Below, piece after piece: positions 11,336 to 22,654 of a DNA stretch of 46,221 bases. Each line of letters begins with the position of its first letter. Within the stretch, counting starts at the first letter, position 1. A program made the translations under genes and the position numbers. Source of the stretch: Mitosporidium daphniae (taxonomy: Eukaryota); assembly GCF_000760515.2 (NCBI RefSeq), contig NW_013546545.1, forward strand, positions 1-46,221, written 5' to 3'. The notes beneath the pieces are model-generated. The model was given only the letters and a program-made list of their open reading frames with translations. It made no database searches and was not told the DNA's origin.

Positions 11336-12748
11336 TTATCTACAATGGCGAGAGGGAGCACCGCCTCGCCGAACGGGCTGCAATGGGGCAATATTAGCAG
11401 AAAGAAGCGGGAACGTATGGGGAGCCTTCGAAGAGACCTCCAAACAAGGTGGGTCTAATGAATGAGCATCCGCATTAGGAGCAGGCCTTGATGATGGCTT
11501 GCAAGGCGCTTCAGTAGTCGAAAATTTACGCACAACCTCATTGGCGTGAATGTCTAGACCCTTTTGTACAATAGAAGGTGATTGGGACTTGATTACAGGC
11601 AAAATATTTGGCTTTGATTCTATGGGAAATAGAAGTGGACTCTTTTCTTTGCTTGCAACATGTGGAGAGGGAATCCTTATCATAGGAGGAAACAGAATTG
11701 GCACCGGGGAAATCGGGTTACTGGCGGAGCAGTCTATCATTTTAACGCTCGGCCTCTTCGCTTTTAATGAGAGCGCGGATTTCGGGGGAGCCGGAAATTT
11801 TTGTCGTGAAATCTCATTTACACACTCACTTTTGACCTCTTGAAGTTGAAAAGAATGCCATGGACCATAATCATCTAGCGATATATTTTCAAGAGAAGAT
11901 GCAGATGACCAAAGCTCACGAGAGTTAGATGGCCAGAAATCCCCATCATCAAGAACAATTTTTTTGGATGTTTGGCGAATCTGATCAATAGCCTTTTCCG
12001 GCTGCAGTTTTACATTATCAGATGGATATTCATCCGCGTTAAAAGGGGATTCAACGGTAACGTGTGTGACAATCTCGGCGCCGAAATAGTCTGCCCCTTT
12101 ACTCGCCTCTGAATGAGAAAGCAAGCCGGCATAATTGTCATAAGAAACATTAGCCTCGCCATGATTAGAGTATTGGTCAAAGGAAATGGGATCGTATGTG
12201 AAAGTATCAGCAGGTGTAACCAGATTGTTGATGGTGCTATGTTTGGTGGTGCTCCAGTCTTCGGATGGATCTAATAAATACGTACAGCGCGGGGAAACAC
12301 CGGAAAAAGCAGGGCTACAGTCTAAAGAATTTGAACTTTTGGGATCAGGGCCTCTATCATGATCCGATGAATTATTAAAAATAATATCACCATCCCCGCT
12401 ATATAAATTTTGATGAGAGTTAGCTTCTAGGTCTTCTTCTTGCATATCAGAAGATTTAGACAGAAATTCATGCCTATCCCGAGCTTCATATAGCGGAAGA
12501 GGATTTTCATCACCACCCCAAATATTTGCACAGCTTCCGAGGGCAGCTGCCAGGATATCTGCATCGATATATGGGGGTTTTGAAGCCTCTTCAAAAACTG
12601 GGGATTCAGTCGACGCACTCATATCAAGTGTAGACCAATGTTCATATTCATTCATGGCTGATATCCGAGGGCTTTCTGCCTGAATTTTTCTGGGGGTCTC
12701 TTCCAGAGAAGGTGGTTGAGAGTTTGCTGGTCCCTGGACACCCCTCAT
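11336..12748 (-). CDS. Hypothetical Ser/Pro/acidic-rich, probably disordered protein (470 aa)
   Basis: Long intact ORF of low-complexity composition; no recognised domain. Confidence 0.65.
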   Translation of the reverse strand: MRGVQGPANSQPPSLEETPRKIQAESPRISAMNEYEHWSTLDMSASTESPVFEEASKPPYIDADILAAALGSCANIWGGDENPLPLYEARDRHEFLSKSSDMQEEDLEANSHQNLYSGDGDIIFNNSSDHDRGPDPKSSNSLDCSPAFSGVSPRCTYLLDPSEDWSTTKHSTINNLVTPADTFTYDPISFDQYSNHGEANVSYDNYAGLLSHSEASKGADYFGAEIVTHVTVESPFNADEYPSDNVKLQPEKAIDQIRQTSKKIVLDDGDFWPSNSRELWSSASSLENISLDDYGPWHSFQLQEVKSECVNEISRQKFPAPPKSALSLKAKRPSVKMIDCSASNPISPVPILFPPMIRIPSPHVASKEKSPLLFPIESKPNILPVIKSQSPSIVQKGLDIHANEVVRKFSTTEAPCKPSSRPAPNADAHSLDPPCLEVSSKAPHTFPLLSANIAPLQPVRRGGAPSRHCR

Positions 12749-12832
12749 TGGACAAGGAGTTGGATGAAGATAAAATTTTGTGATGGGATGGCTTTTTATT
12801 GTAATAAAATTTGAGCGTAAAATTTAAAGGGC

Positions 12833-15800
12833 CTAAATTTTTGAAACAGTCACCTTGATGCTGTTAGGGAAAGGATGCTTGGAATCAGTAGATTGAGCAA
12901 GAATCGTGGATCTCACATTATCGTCATTGATATTTGCATCTCGCTGTTCTTCAAATTTGTTGGTAATTGAGATGCGCTTTACTCCCTTGATGAGTGACGA
13001 GATACTGGCCGAGTTCTCCTTCAGCAATAAGCCATCGGCCGCATCATCGCAATCAAAAGAAATCATGATGGACTTTTCGTTCAAATCATTGGCTATGGAG
13101 CGACTTGCATGCACTATTTCTTGGATTCGCTCGACATGGTCTTTTGATTCCGAAAATGAAGATCCAAATGCAGAAAGGAAGGCATTTAATGATGGGTATG
13201 AAGAAATGCAAATCGATTCCTCGTGCGAGGCCTGGTTTTTTAAGATTGAGATGTGCATTGTCTGCCAAAGATCCTCAGTAATAAACGGCATAAACGGATG
13301 CAGCATTTTAAGAGATTGGTCGAGCAACAGGAACAATATCGAAATGGAAAGGTCTCTTTGAGAACAAGAGGCCCCAGAAAGGATAGGCTTGAGCGTTTCC
13401 ACATAGAGATCGCACACATCGTATAGAATGAAAGAGTAAATTGTCGTCGTTGCCTTCATGAAATTAAATTCTGCAAGCGCTGCATTGATGTCTGCAATGG
13501 TCTTTGATAGTCTAAACAAAATCCATTTGTCAAAAAGCGAAAATGCCAAAGTGGCCTGTTCCACAGAGCATGAACCCATAACTGCATCGATCAAAAAAGA
13601 AGGAGAATGGGTTGAAGAAGCACCGCCAGTGGTATAAGATGCTGCGGCAAACACAAACCTGGCGAAATTCCACATCTTATTGCAAAAACGACGGTAGCCA
13701 GCTACTCGCTGGATATCCAAATTGACATCAGAGCCCTGGCTCGTATAAGCCAAGAGAACAAAACGAAGGGCATCTGAACCACATTCTTCGATTCCTTTTG
13801 GAAAGTCTTTCTTCTGAGAGGCACGAGCACAAGCTACTTCGGCAGGATCCAAATTGCCCTCCTCCAACCGACGATGAAGATTTTCAAGCGAAATGCCTTC
13901 AATAACATCAATTGGGTCGATCACGTTTCCCAAGCTTTTGGACATTTTCCTTCCATGGGCATCTCGGACAATTGAATGCAAATAAACCAGTTTAAACGGA
14001 ACTTGGCCCGTTAAGTGAATACCCATCATCACCATTCTCGCAACCCAGAAGAAGATAATATCACGGCCAGTCTCAAGCACGCTTGCAGGGTAAAATTTCA
14101 TCAAATTTTCAGATGAACAATTAGGCCAGCCAAGCGCCGCGAAAGGCCACAAGGCAGATGAAAACCAAGTGTCCAAGACATCCGGGTCTTGCTCGACTTT
14201 GACCTCCTTTGCATCCGGGAATTCTCGAACAGCCATTTCTAAAGCTTCGCGCTCTGAGCGAGCCGCAATCCACTTTTGGTGGACAAATGCAGAATCACCA
14301 GATGAATCTGCCGTTTTGACAGAATAGGCTGGAACTCGGTGGCCCCACCAAAGCTGACGAGATAAACACCAATCGCGGCAGTTGTCCAGCCAATTAAACC
14401 ATATTTTCTCTGCCTCTACAGGAAGGATTTTAAGGTCTGCAGATCGAACAGCATTGGCAGCCTTGGTACCGATATCTTTGCATTTCATCCACCATTGGGG
14501 AAGAATCCTAGGCTCGATGATATCCCCAGAGCGGTTACAAATGGGAAGGACCATTGAATGCTCTTTACGACCGCGATAGAGGCCTTCTGCTTCCAAATAC
14601 TCAATGATAGCTTCTCTGGCTTCAAATCGCATCATTCCAGAAAACCTTGGTCCGGCGTTGTCATTCAGACGATTGTTTGCATCGAAAATAACAATCACAG
14701 GTAACTTGTGACGCTGAGAAACTTCAAAATCGTTTGAATCGTGAGCTGGGGTAATTTTAAGAGCTCCCGTTCCAAACGAAACATCAGCGTACGAGTCACA
14801 AATAATCGGAATTTTAGTTTTGTGGATGGGGTGCTGTACGAATTTCCCATGAAATCGAGTGTATTTCGGATCCTCAGGATTAACCGCAATGGCGACATCC
14901 CCCGGGATTGTTTCCGGGCGTGTTGTTGAGACAATGATTTCATCTTCGGTCGGACATTCGGATTCAGAATCAAGAATTTTCATTGCAAATGAATAGATGT
15001 ACCCAAATTCAAATGTGCGTTTGGGATCGTGTCCAAAGGCAGCAAGGCGAATAAGACCTAAAAATATTGAAGGCTACAAATCTTACCGGTGACTTCACGA
15101 TGGTCAACCTCCAAGTCTGAAACAGCCGTTTGCAAAGCAGAAGACCAATTGACAATCCGATTTTCTCGGTAAATAATCCCCTGCTCAAAAAGCCTCACAA
15201 ATGCCTCGGTGACCGCCTCATTCATTGACTGATCCAATGTGAAACGGACACGGCTCCAATCCATGGAACCACCAAGCCTCTTTAACTGTGAATATATCCT
15301 GTCGCCAAACGCATCTTTCCACTTCCACACCTCACCCACGAACGCAAGGCGGCCAAGATCGTGGCGCGTAACATTGCGAGTTTTTTTTAAATGTTTTTCA
15401 ACAACAACCTGGCATGAAATTCCTGCATGGTCGCATCCGGGAATATACAGTGCTGCATGGCCGGTCATGCGTTTCCAGCGAACCAGTGAATCCTGGATCG
15501 AGGTGGCCATTGCATGCCCCAAATGAAGCGAGCCAGTGACGTTTGGTGGTGGGATTGGAATGACGTAAATTGGAGCCTGTGGGTTTTTATCCAAAATCAT
15601 TTCTGGCTTGAAAAATCCCTTTGTTTCCCACCAAGAATACCAATTTTTCTCAACAAACTTTGGATCATAAGAAGATGGCATATCATAACTAGATACATCT
15701 AAAAATTAACACATCATCAAACCTTTAAATTCTCCTTCCATAATACTAATCTCAGGTGTATTTGTTGATGCCGACGATTTCTTCAATTCAGATCTTGTAG

Positions 15801-15954
15801 GCTTTTTGTCCGAAGCAGTAGAAAGGAGCTGAGATAGCTTTTCTTGCTTAGCCAAATACTTTTCCATTTTTTCTTTACGCTTAGCCTCATTTTTCAATTG
15901 ATTCTTAGTGAGAATTGGTTGCGAAGCAGAGTCCTGTTCAAGGGTAGGATTCAT
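12833..15954 (-). CDS. VAS1: Valyl-tRNA synthetase (about 1022 aa, 2 introns)
   Basis: [52 protein letters not shown] and KMSKS. Introns at 15699-15722 and 15058-15086; first ATG at 15954. Confidence 0.97.
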
Positions 15955-16029
15955 TTTGTAAAATGAATTTGCAAGCGTAGTTGCATGTATCAAAGTCTAT
16001 TTGTATATTTTATGTAGCGACAACCTCAA

Positions 16030-16101
16030 GGTTTTATGGTGTAGTCGGTAGCACCCAGGACTTTGAATCCTGTAACCGGAGTTCGAGTCTCCGTAAAACC
16101 A
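16030..16101 (+). tRNA. tRNA-Gln (anticodon TTG)
   Basis: Acceptor stem GGTTTTA/TAAAACC, anticodon arm CAGGA-CTTTGAA-TCCTG, T-loop GTTCGAGT, followed by a TTTTT Pol III terminator. Confidence 0.95.
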
Positions 16102-16174
16102 TTTTTAGTATTATTTTTGAAGCATTGATGATGATAGCGTTCAATTTTAAAGATTGCTTTTCAACTTGTTTCAA

Positions 16175-16460
16175 ATGAAGCGTCATGTTCAGCAAGTGTT
16201 GTTTATTCCCCGCCAACCCCGCCAGAGTACATTCCACTATCCAATGGCTGGTGAGATATCACAAGGAGGCGGTATTTTCTCAAAAAAGGAAAAAACAGAA
16301 GAAGATTTATATTTTAGACAAAAGGTTCTACCTTCTCCATGTCATTAATCTTAAATAGGAAAGAGAAGAGCTCAAGGCTTTAAAGGAGCAATTACAAAAA
16401 CAATTAGAAGATACGAACAAAAAACTTGATGCTGTTGAGGAACCGCATGCACGAAAGTAG
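16175..16460 (+). CDS. INH1: Mitochondrial F1Fo ATPase inhibitor IF1 (83 aa)
   Basis: Presequence-like N-terminus, then GGGIFSKKEKTEEDLYFRQK|EREELKALKEQL across a 34-nt intron (16325-16358). Confidence 0.85.
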
Positions 16461-16603
16461 CTCATAGAAATAAATGGTCGCGCTTAAATATTTATTTAGG
16501 GTCACGAAAATGATATGTGCGCAGGCTGATCAGTGTTCCCAACAGGTCAGCTAGCGGTAACCATTCCGTAATGACAAAAGCAATTGATCAGCAATTAAAT
16601 GGA

Positions 16604-17383
16604 TTAATTTTCAACTGCTGCTGGAATTGGAATCGGCGAGTCGCATGCCGAACAAACTAGAGAGGACTGCTGCCTATTGGTTCGCTTAACAAGAGACATT
16701 TGCGCCTGGATATTGAAACACTTTCTGTGCATCCGCGACAAGCAATCTTGGTTGGGGCAAGAGACCCCGACAGTTACAATCTCGCCACAATGCATACATT
16801 CTCTTATGGCCCCAGGAAACTGCGCCAGAAGATACCCCTTTAGCTCCATGAGAGTACGGGGCCCTATAGTAATGTAGCCATTTCTAAAATAGACTTCAAC
16901 AACAGTACCCTTGATTAGAAAGCCAAAAATCTTCAACAAGGTTAGTGACGAGGTCGATCCCTGAGAATCGTAGCAGTGATGGCATGGATGAATATTTAAC
17001 TGTGAAACTCTCCGCAGTAGCAATTAATCTCAGCTAAACTTAACCAAAATAGTTCCTCACATATGAGGCGAAGAGTGAGATTTCTAGACTTGAGTAGCGC
17101 GAATTTTTTAAAGATATCATGTCGCTACCGTTAATATTAATCTAAGGATAGTTGTTTAAACGGTTCATACAATCCCATAATAGCAATCTCCGGTCCAATG
17201 GTCCTCCACAGACGCAAGTTCAAGGTCAAAGTCACGCAAGAGCACATTTACCTCTGCCACCATGTCAACGAACAAAACGTTTTCAGAACGAAAGGAGGGC
17301 ATTATGTCCTTTAGACGCTCTTCACTGATAACCTTTGCCAATAAAAGCGCCTGGAGTATTGGGGCATAGGGGGAAGTATCCAT
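16604..17383 (-). CDS. NSE1: Smc5/6 subunit Nse1 (winged helix plus C4HC3 RING-like domain)
   Basis: Introns at 17142-17170, 17034-17060 and 16884-16908. IGPRTLMELKGYL followed by CMHC...C..QDC..RMHRKC...CSAC. Confidence 0.85.
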
Positions 17384-17441
17384 TGGAATTGAAAGTAATT
17401 TAAAGTAAAATTTAATTTATCTATTTGCCTTTGCTCCCAGA

Positions 17442-18080
17442 ATGGTAAGCCCTCACCACCAATACTATTTCATCCATCCCCAAATCGATGCATGGATTGA
17501 AAAGCATTTCAGCGTGATGCCGCATTTTTCTGGCTGGCCTGTCTGTTTGTTTTCTTTACCTATTGATTTGATGGTTTCATTCACCTTTTCAGTTATTGTT
17601 TTTTCTGATTACCTATGATCCATTTTCACGGTTAAATTTGAATAGCTTACTCGTTTTTCGTATTTACATGCATAACTTTTTAGTCCTCCATTGTAAAGGC
17701 TCATGAACTCCGTAACATCTCGAAAGCCGAGCTTATGAAGCAACTCTCTGACCTCAAGCAAGAGCTTTCTGCACTTCGCGTCAACCAAGCTTCCTCTGCA
17801 ACCGCCCCAAAGCTCGCTAGAATGTAGAAAATAATTCCTTATTTTTAGATCCGTCGTACGTAAATCGATCGCTAGGGTTTTGACCGTTATTCAGCAGCAA
17901 CAACGCTCAGAGATGAAGGCTTTCTATGCTGGCAAGAAGTACAAACCCCTTGACATTCGCCCAAAAAAGACGCGCGCCATTCGCCGACGTATGACAAAGT
18001 CTGAAATCAACAAGAAGACCGAACGCCAGCGCAAGAAAGCGGCTCATTTTCCCAAGGCCAACTTTGTCGTCCTTGCATAA
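17442..18080 (+). CDS. RPL35: 60S ribosomal protein L35 (uL29), 124 aa
   Basis: ATG at 17442, 239-nt intron (17445-17683) and 25-nt intron (17824-17848). VKAHELR...[12 protein letters not shown]...[17 protein letters not shown]. Confidence 0.96.
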
Positions 18081-18127
18081 ATAATTAAGCCCATTTATTA
18101 GATTAGTAATTCAATTGTAATGAAATA

Positions 18128-18240
18128 GCCCCAATGATGAGGCGTGATGGTAATTTTTCTTTTAGCCTTTACTGGAGTTGGAATTCCATATCTAATGTGA
18201 AAGCTGGATCACAGTTCTATGTTATCTTGACATTTGGGGC
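18128..18240 (+). ncRNA. Candidate box C/D snoRNA
   Basis: Terminal stem GCCCCA/TGGGGC encloses a perfect C box ATGATGA (18134-18140) and a D-like TTGA (18227-18230). No rRNA target verified. Confidence 0.3.
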
Positions 18241-18286
18241 ACTAAATGGAGATAGATCAAGGACACCGAAGCAGGAAGCCATGTTA

Positions 18287-19134
18287 TTAAGCGGAGAGGT
18301 CGCGCAGACGCTTGGCTTCCAGTTGATGCTGCAGCTTTTGATTGTTTGAAGGAAAAACATCAAAAATATATATCGAGATGCACAAATTGATTCCCTAAGG
18401 TTAAGCTAGCACTCATACCCCGATAATCATAATACAGCCAACTGAAAGGAGGAGGAAATAGAACCAGGAGGCAACAATCCTCGAAAATTCAATGCTACAT
18501 GGACTTGTCGAGGATAAAGGGTAGTATTGCGGTTGCAGTGTTGATGCTATAGGTGTATCTGATAATGGCTGTGGTGGTGACTCAAGCGTAGCTGGCATTC
18601 GCTGTCGAGTCGATGTGGAATTGGAAGTGTAGCTCAAATCATCGTAGCATCGATACTGCGAGTTAAAAAATTGCTTTACCGTGTTTTGAAAGGAGAGGCG
18701 GTTTCCTTCAGAGAGATCATCATTCCAAATCAACAAAGCAACACCATCCGCCTAGATTTAGGTAATCTTAGTAGTCTCATACCCTTCTGAAGGAGAACAG
18801 CAGAAAGAGGAAAAGGCCAAGCTGGCACGTCATGAGTATGGACTGCGCCAAAGAATACTAAGCATAAAAATACGTCGCCACTTACCGAAATGGTCATTCT
18901 GCGAGATTCGCATGATGCGCCACAACATCCCAAAATGGAAATAAACATCACACCGCCTCCGATGAGACAGAAGAGGGTCGAGGTGAATTCAAACCCATAG
19001 CCATATGTCTCTGGATTATATCTGCAACAAACACCGAGTACCATCAGAGCAAGGCCATAAAGCAGGGAGAAGAAGCTGGCAATTGCCAGGTAAAATTGGA
19101 AGAACTTTTCCCAAAAGGTCTGCGGCTTGAGCAT
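18287..19134 (-). CDS. Tetraspanin-family 4-TM protein
   Basis: FISILGCCGASCES signature. Introns at 18858-18885, 18752-18782, 18656-18679 and 18395-18418 give four TM helices. Confidence 0.75.
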
Positions 19135-19306
19135 AAAAAAATTAAATTAGCCAATCATACAATGTAAAAGGTGTACATGTAAAATTGCAATCAGATTTTA
19201 AATTAATGACAGCCATTATATTGGTTGGTTTCTCTATTTGAGCATCCTTTACTTGTTTTGTACAATTTCTACAGGCAGAGGAATCAAACTATAAATGAAA
19301 AACAAC

Positions 19307-20429
19307 CTACTGGAGCCGTCTAGGGGTCCCAAGTCGCTCTGCGAGAGCTTCGTATACCACAAAGGAGATCGCCGTTGCTGGTGCGACCTTCATATAATTT
19401 ATCGAAATACCAATGTACAGCCCTCGAACGCCAGATGTCCGATAAATATCGGACAATGCCTCGAAAATTGAGCGATATACGGGGATATGTGATGCAACGC
19501 GATCCAGTTGCATTCGACGCCGAACAACGTCAAAAGGATACGCTGCTGTCTGCCCGCAGGCACCTGCGACTAGCCCTGCAAGGAACTTTTTCGCAACATT
19601 CTTATCACAAGAAAAGATCCGTTTCAAGGTCTCAAAAACGCAAAATGAGACCCCAGCGTACGGTACAATTCCGCAAAGCGAGGCGGAGTAGCCGCGGTAA
19701 AAGCGCGAAATTCCACCAGCATCAAAGAAAATCGTAGAAAGAGTTCGTCCCCAGACCCGACCAAGCGCAGGCGGAAAAGACTGCCCAAAAAAGAGCCGTG
19801 CCATTGGCGATCTACTACTTCCATAAGTGCAGAAGACGTTCTTGGGAGCTTCAGGCTTGATCCTTGTCGCTGAAGCGACATCAGAGTCTAAAACAACGGC
19901 AGAATTAGAGGTTGCACTACCACTGGTAGAAAAATCATGACCTAGTTGGTAAGCTAATCGCGCGCGTATCATATCCAAGGGATATGTGAGAGTAACTGCT
20001 GTGGCGCCGGCCATAGACCCACATAGGAGTTTATGAAGCGAATCATATCCTATGCCTTCGGGCAGATGAATCCACCTCTTGAATTGCTCATAGGCGAGAA
20101 AGTTTGTCCCAGCATATGGAAAAATACGCAGGAGCATGGCAGAATGTCCGCGGTAAAGTCCAAAAAGACCATCGCGGTGAAAAATAATTCTCATCACACG
20201 GAAGACCCCAGAGATGCGCCCTACAAAAATTGCGCAAACAGCTAAATACCGGCGTATGGGACGACCTCTGGCTTGCGTGCCTGAAAAAGGATCTTGATCC
20301 TAATAATGAGGGGGCTGCCATTTACCTGTCAAACGGCGCAATAACACTCTTTGCTATGCAGCCGGCCAGACCTCCAGCGAGCAGTGTCCGTAGCCGGCGC
20401 TGTGTCTCGGAGAGCTCCGCAACCTCCAT
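19307..20429 (-). CDS. LEU5: Mitochondrial carrier, Leu5/SLC25A16/A42 (CoA carrier) type
   Basis: Three PxDxxK/R motifs (APFDRIK, YPLDMIR, YPFDVVR) and RGHSAMLLRIFPYA. Introns at 20300-20325 and 20221-20249. Confidence 0.85.
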
Positions 20430-20606
20430 CGTCACAAAATCAAAAAATTTAAAGCTTCTCGAATGAATGGCTAGATTTACGCATATGGACAAGTTAAGTT
20501 CATTTATTTTAAGGTTATTAACGAATTTTGATTAACAACTTCTGAGAATACATTCCAGGAAATATTTTAAATAATTTCTAAATTAAATAGTTAATTTAAT
20601 CTACAA

Positions 20607-21198
20607 ATGGTAAGCCATGCTCAAATCCATTTCCCAACTGCATCATTTTCATCCATTGCCTCTAGGCTTTGTTTGCTATGCGGCCTGTGTGTTTCATTTT
20701 GTTCTTTTATTTTTTGCTTCTATTTCTTACCGATAGGGCCGCGTACGCACAAAAACTGTCAAAAAGGCTGCTCGCCACATTATTGAAAAGTATTACACCC
20801 GCCTCAACCTCGATTTCCAGACTAACAAGCGAACATGCGACGAGATTGCCTCTATTCAGTCGAAGCGCTTGCGCAATAAAATCGCCGGCTTCATAACTCA
20901 TCTGATGGAGCGCATCCGTCGTGGACCCGTCCGTGGAATTTCCTTCAAGTTGCAAGAAGAGGAGCGCGAACGCAAAGACAATTACGTGCCCGAAGTTTCT
21001 GCTCTCACCTTGCCTGCCATTGAAGTAGATTCTGTCACAAATGTAAGGATATTTTCTGATATGTAGGACATGCTTTCTGCTATCGGCATGTCCGCATTGC
21101 CTGCAGTCAAGGGTCCCGAGCGCAAAGGTAGTGATGATGTTGAGGGTCGTCGTCCATACACTCGCAAAGAGCCGCACGCACGTAAGCAACGTCTCTAA
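20607..21198 (+). CDS. RPS17: 40S ribosomal protein S17 (eS17), 146 aa
   Basis: ATG at 20607, 127-nt intron (20610-20736) and 24-nt intron (21043-21066). [11 protein letters not shown]...RNKIAGF...[13 protein letters not shown]. Confidence 0.97.
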
Positions 21199-21643
21199 GC
21201 AATAAATTTAAGACAGTTCCTCTTTTGAATGGCTCTCTAATGTCTACTGTTACTATCACTTCCTAATCTCTGCATACACATGCTGTGTTCGGGTTTCTAT
21301 GATAATTCCAGTAACCCTTCCAGCTAGGCATCATTTTTATTTACACCGGCTTTGAACGGTACCAAGATACAAATGACTATTTGGGTCTTGCCCATATAAC
21401 CAATTGGAAAGAATGAAGCGAGCTGATAAAACAATGGCCTTCGATTTACGGACCAAACTTAATTTGGGCAACCTTCTTATATAGCTATCGCACCTTTTGA
21501 CATTATAAGTGAGCGTAAGCTACTTTTAATAAAAATAAATCCCAATAGAAGAGATACCCAGTAAGGGGAGAATGCAAAGTAAAAAGCTCTCAATGGGAAA
21601 CTGCCACATTGCGTTGCTCAGGTTAAAATTTTCGCTTTTTCAA

Positions 21644-22525
21644 ATGCTCGTTTCAAAGCTTCATCCCATGCGGTGGCTATCTGTAAAGACCGCTCCAGAG
21701 GCGGCATCCGCTTTCCAAGCAAAGCTAGTGCGCTTGCGTAGTGCTACTAGCCTTCCGCTACTTCGCTGCCGTCAGGCGTTAAATACCGCCGGCGGCGACG
21801 AGAATCAGGCTCGTACGAGCTTGTTCGCCGAGCTAGCCTCTACTGGGACTCCCGTCCACATCGAGCGGACCGATAGTTGTGCTGATCCACGCAATTCTGG
21901 AGGGCATATTCTTTCCGGGGTTTTGATCGGTCATGACGCCGCTACGTTGCTTCAGCTCCGCTTTTCTTCAGATTTTAGCTCCAGGTGTGAACTCTCGCGC
22001 ACTGCTCTCTGCAAGATACTTTTATCGGCCCCTATAAAAGACCAAAATTTATCTGGCGATTTTGAAACAGGCAACATGTTTCGCTCGCTCGCTGCCCAAC
22101 TGCGGGAACAGCTTTCCGTGGCACGAATTGAGCATATTCCCTTGACTTCACAAAGTCTTACAGCATGTTACATCCACCCACCTCTTGCCGTTCCGGCTAA
22201 TCAAGCTAATGGGTCAGTGACACTTGGAGAACGCATCGTTGCAATCATAGAATTTGAGGCCTTGGAAGCTGAGTATCCAGTAACTATAATGGGATCTAAA
22301 GAGGCCACCTATGCTACGATGATGCGAAAGATCTGTCAACAATTTGCTGCCGAGGGTCCACTTGTGCAAGGTGGTACTATGGACACATTCTTGAACCGTC
22401 CTTTTCTCTTTGACGCAGCGAAAAGTATCCGTGCTGCCCTTACGGAAGCCGGCATCAGGGGCATCCGCCGGGCGGTGCGGTTCGACAATGCTCCCACACC
22501 CCTCTGTATTACCAGTAACCACTAA
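21644..22525 (+). CDS. TSF1: Mitochondrial elongation factor Ts, divergent
   Basis: Presequence-like start, then LVRLRSATSLPLLRCRQAL (EF-Ts N-terminal UBA-like), YIH, and FLNRPFLFD...VRF. The upstream ATG at 21572 is an alternative start. Confidence 0.7.
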   Translation: MLVSKLHPMRWLSVKTAPEAASAFQAKLVRLRSATSLPLLRCRQALNTAGGDENQARTSLFAELASTGTPVHIERTDSCADPRNSGGHILSGVLIGHDAATLLQLRFSSDFSSRCELSRTALCKILLSAPIKDQNLSGDFETGNMFRSLAAQLREQLSVARIEHIPLTSQSLTACYIHPPLAVPANQANGSVTLGERIVAIIEFEALEAEYPVTIMGSKEATYATMMRKICQQFAAEGPLVQGGTMDTFLNRPFLFDAAKSIRAALTEAGIRGIRRAVRFDNAPTPLCITSNH

Positions 22526-22654
22526 GTCTTTTCATATACATTTCGATGTGTGCACAGTGAAACTCGCCATATGATGTGTACAGTAAACATTTACATCCGG
22601 CCTTTAATACAAGTTTAGCTCTAATGGGGCGGGGCCAATGGCCGCCTGGGCTTG

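Noticed and set aside
16525..16592. GCTGATCA...TGATCAGC inverted repeat as a snoRNA or SECIS element
   Set aside because: Only 8 bp built on a palindrome, with no proper C box or SECIS core.
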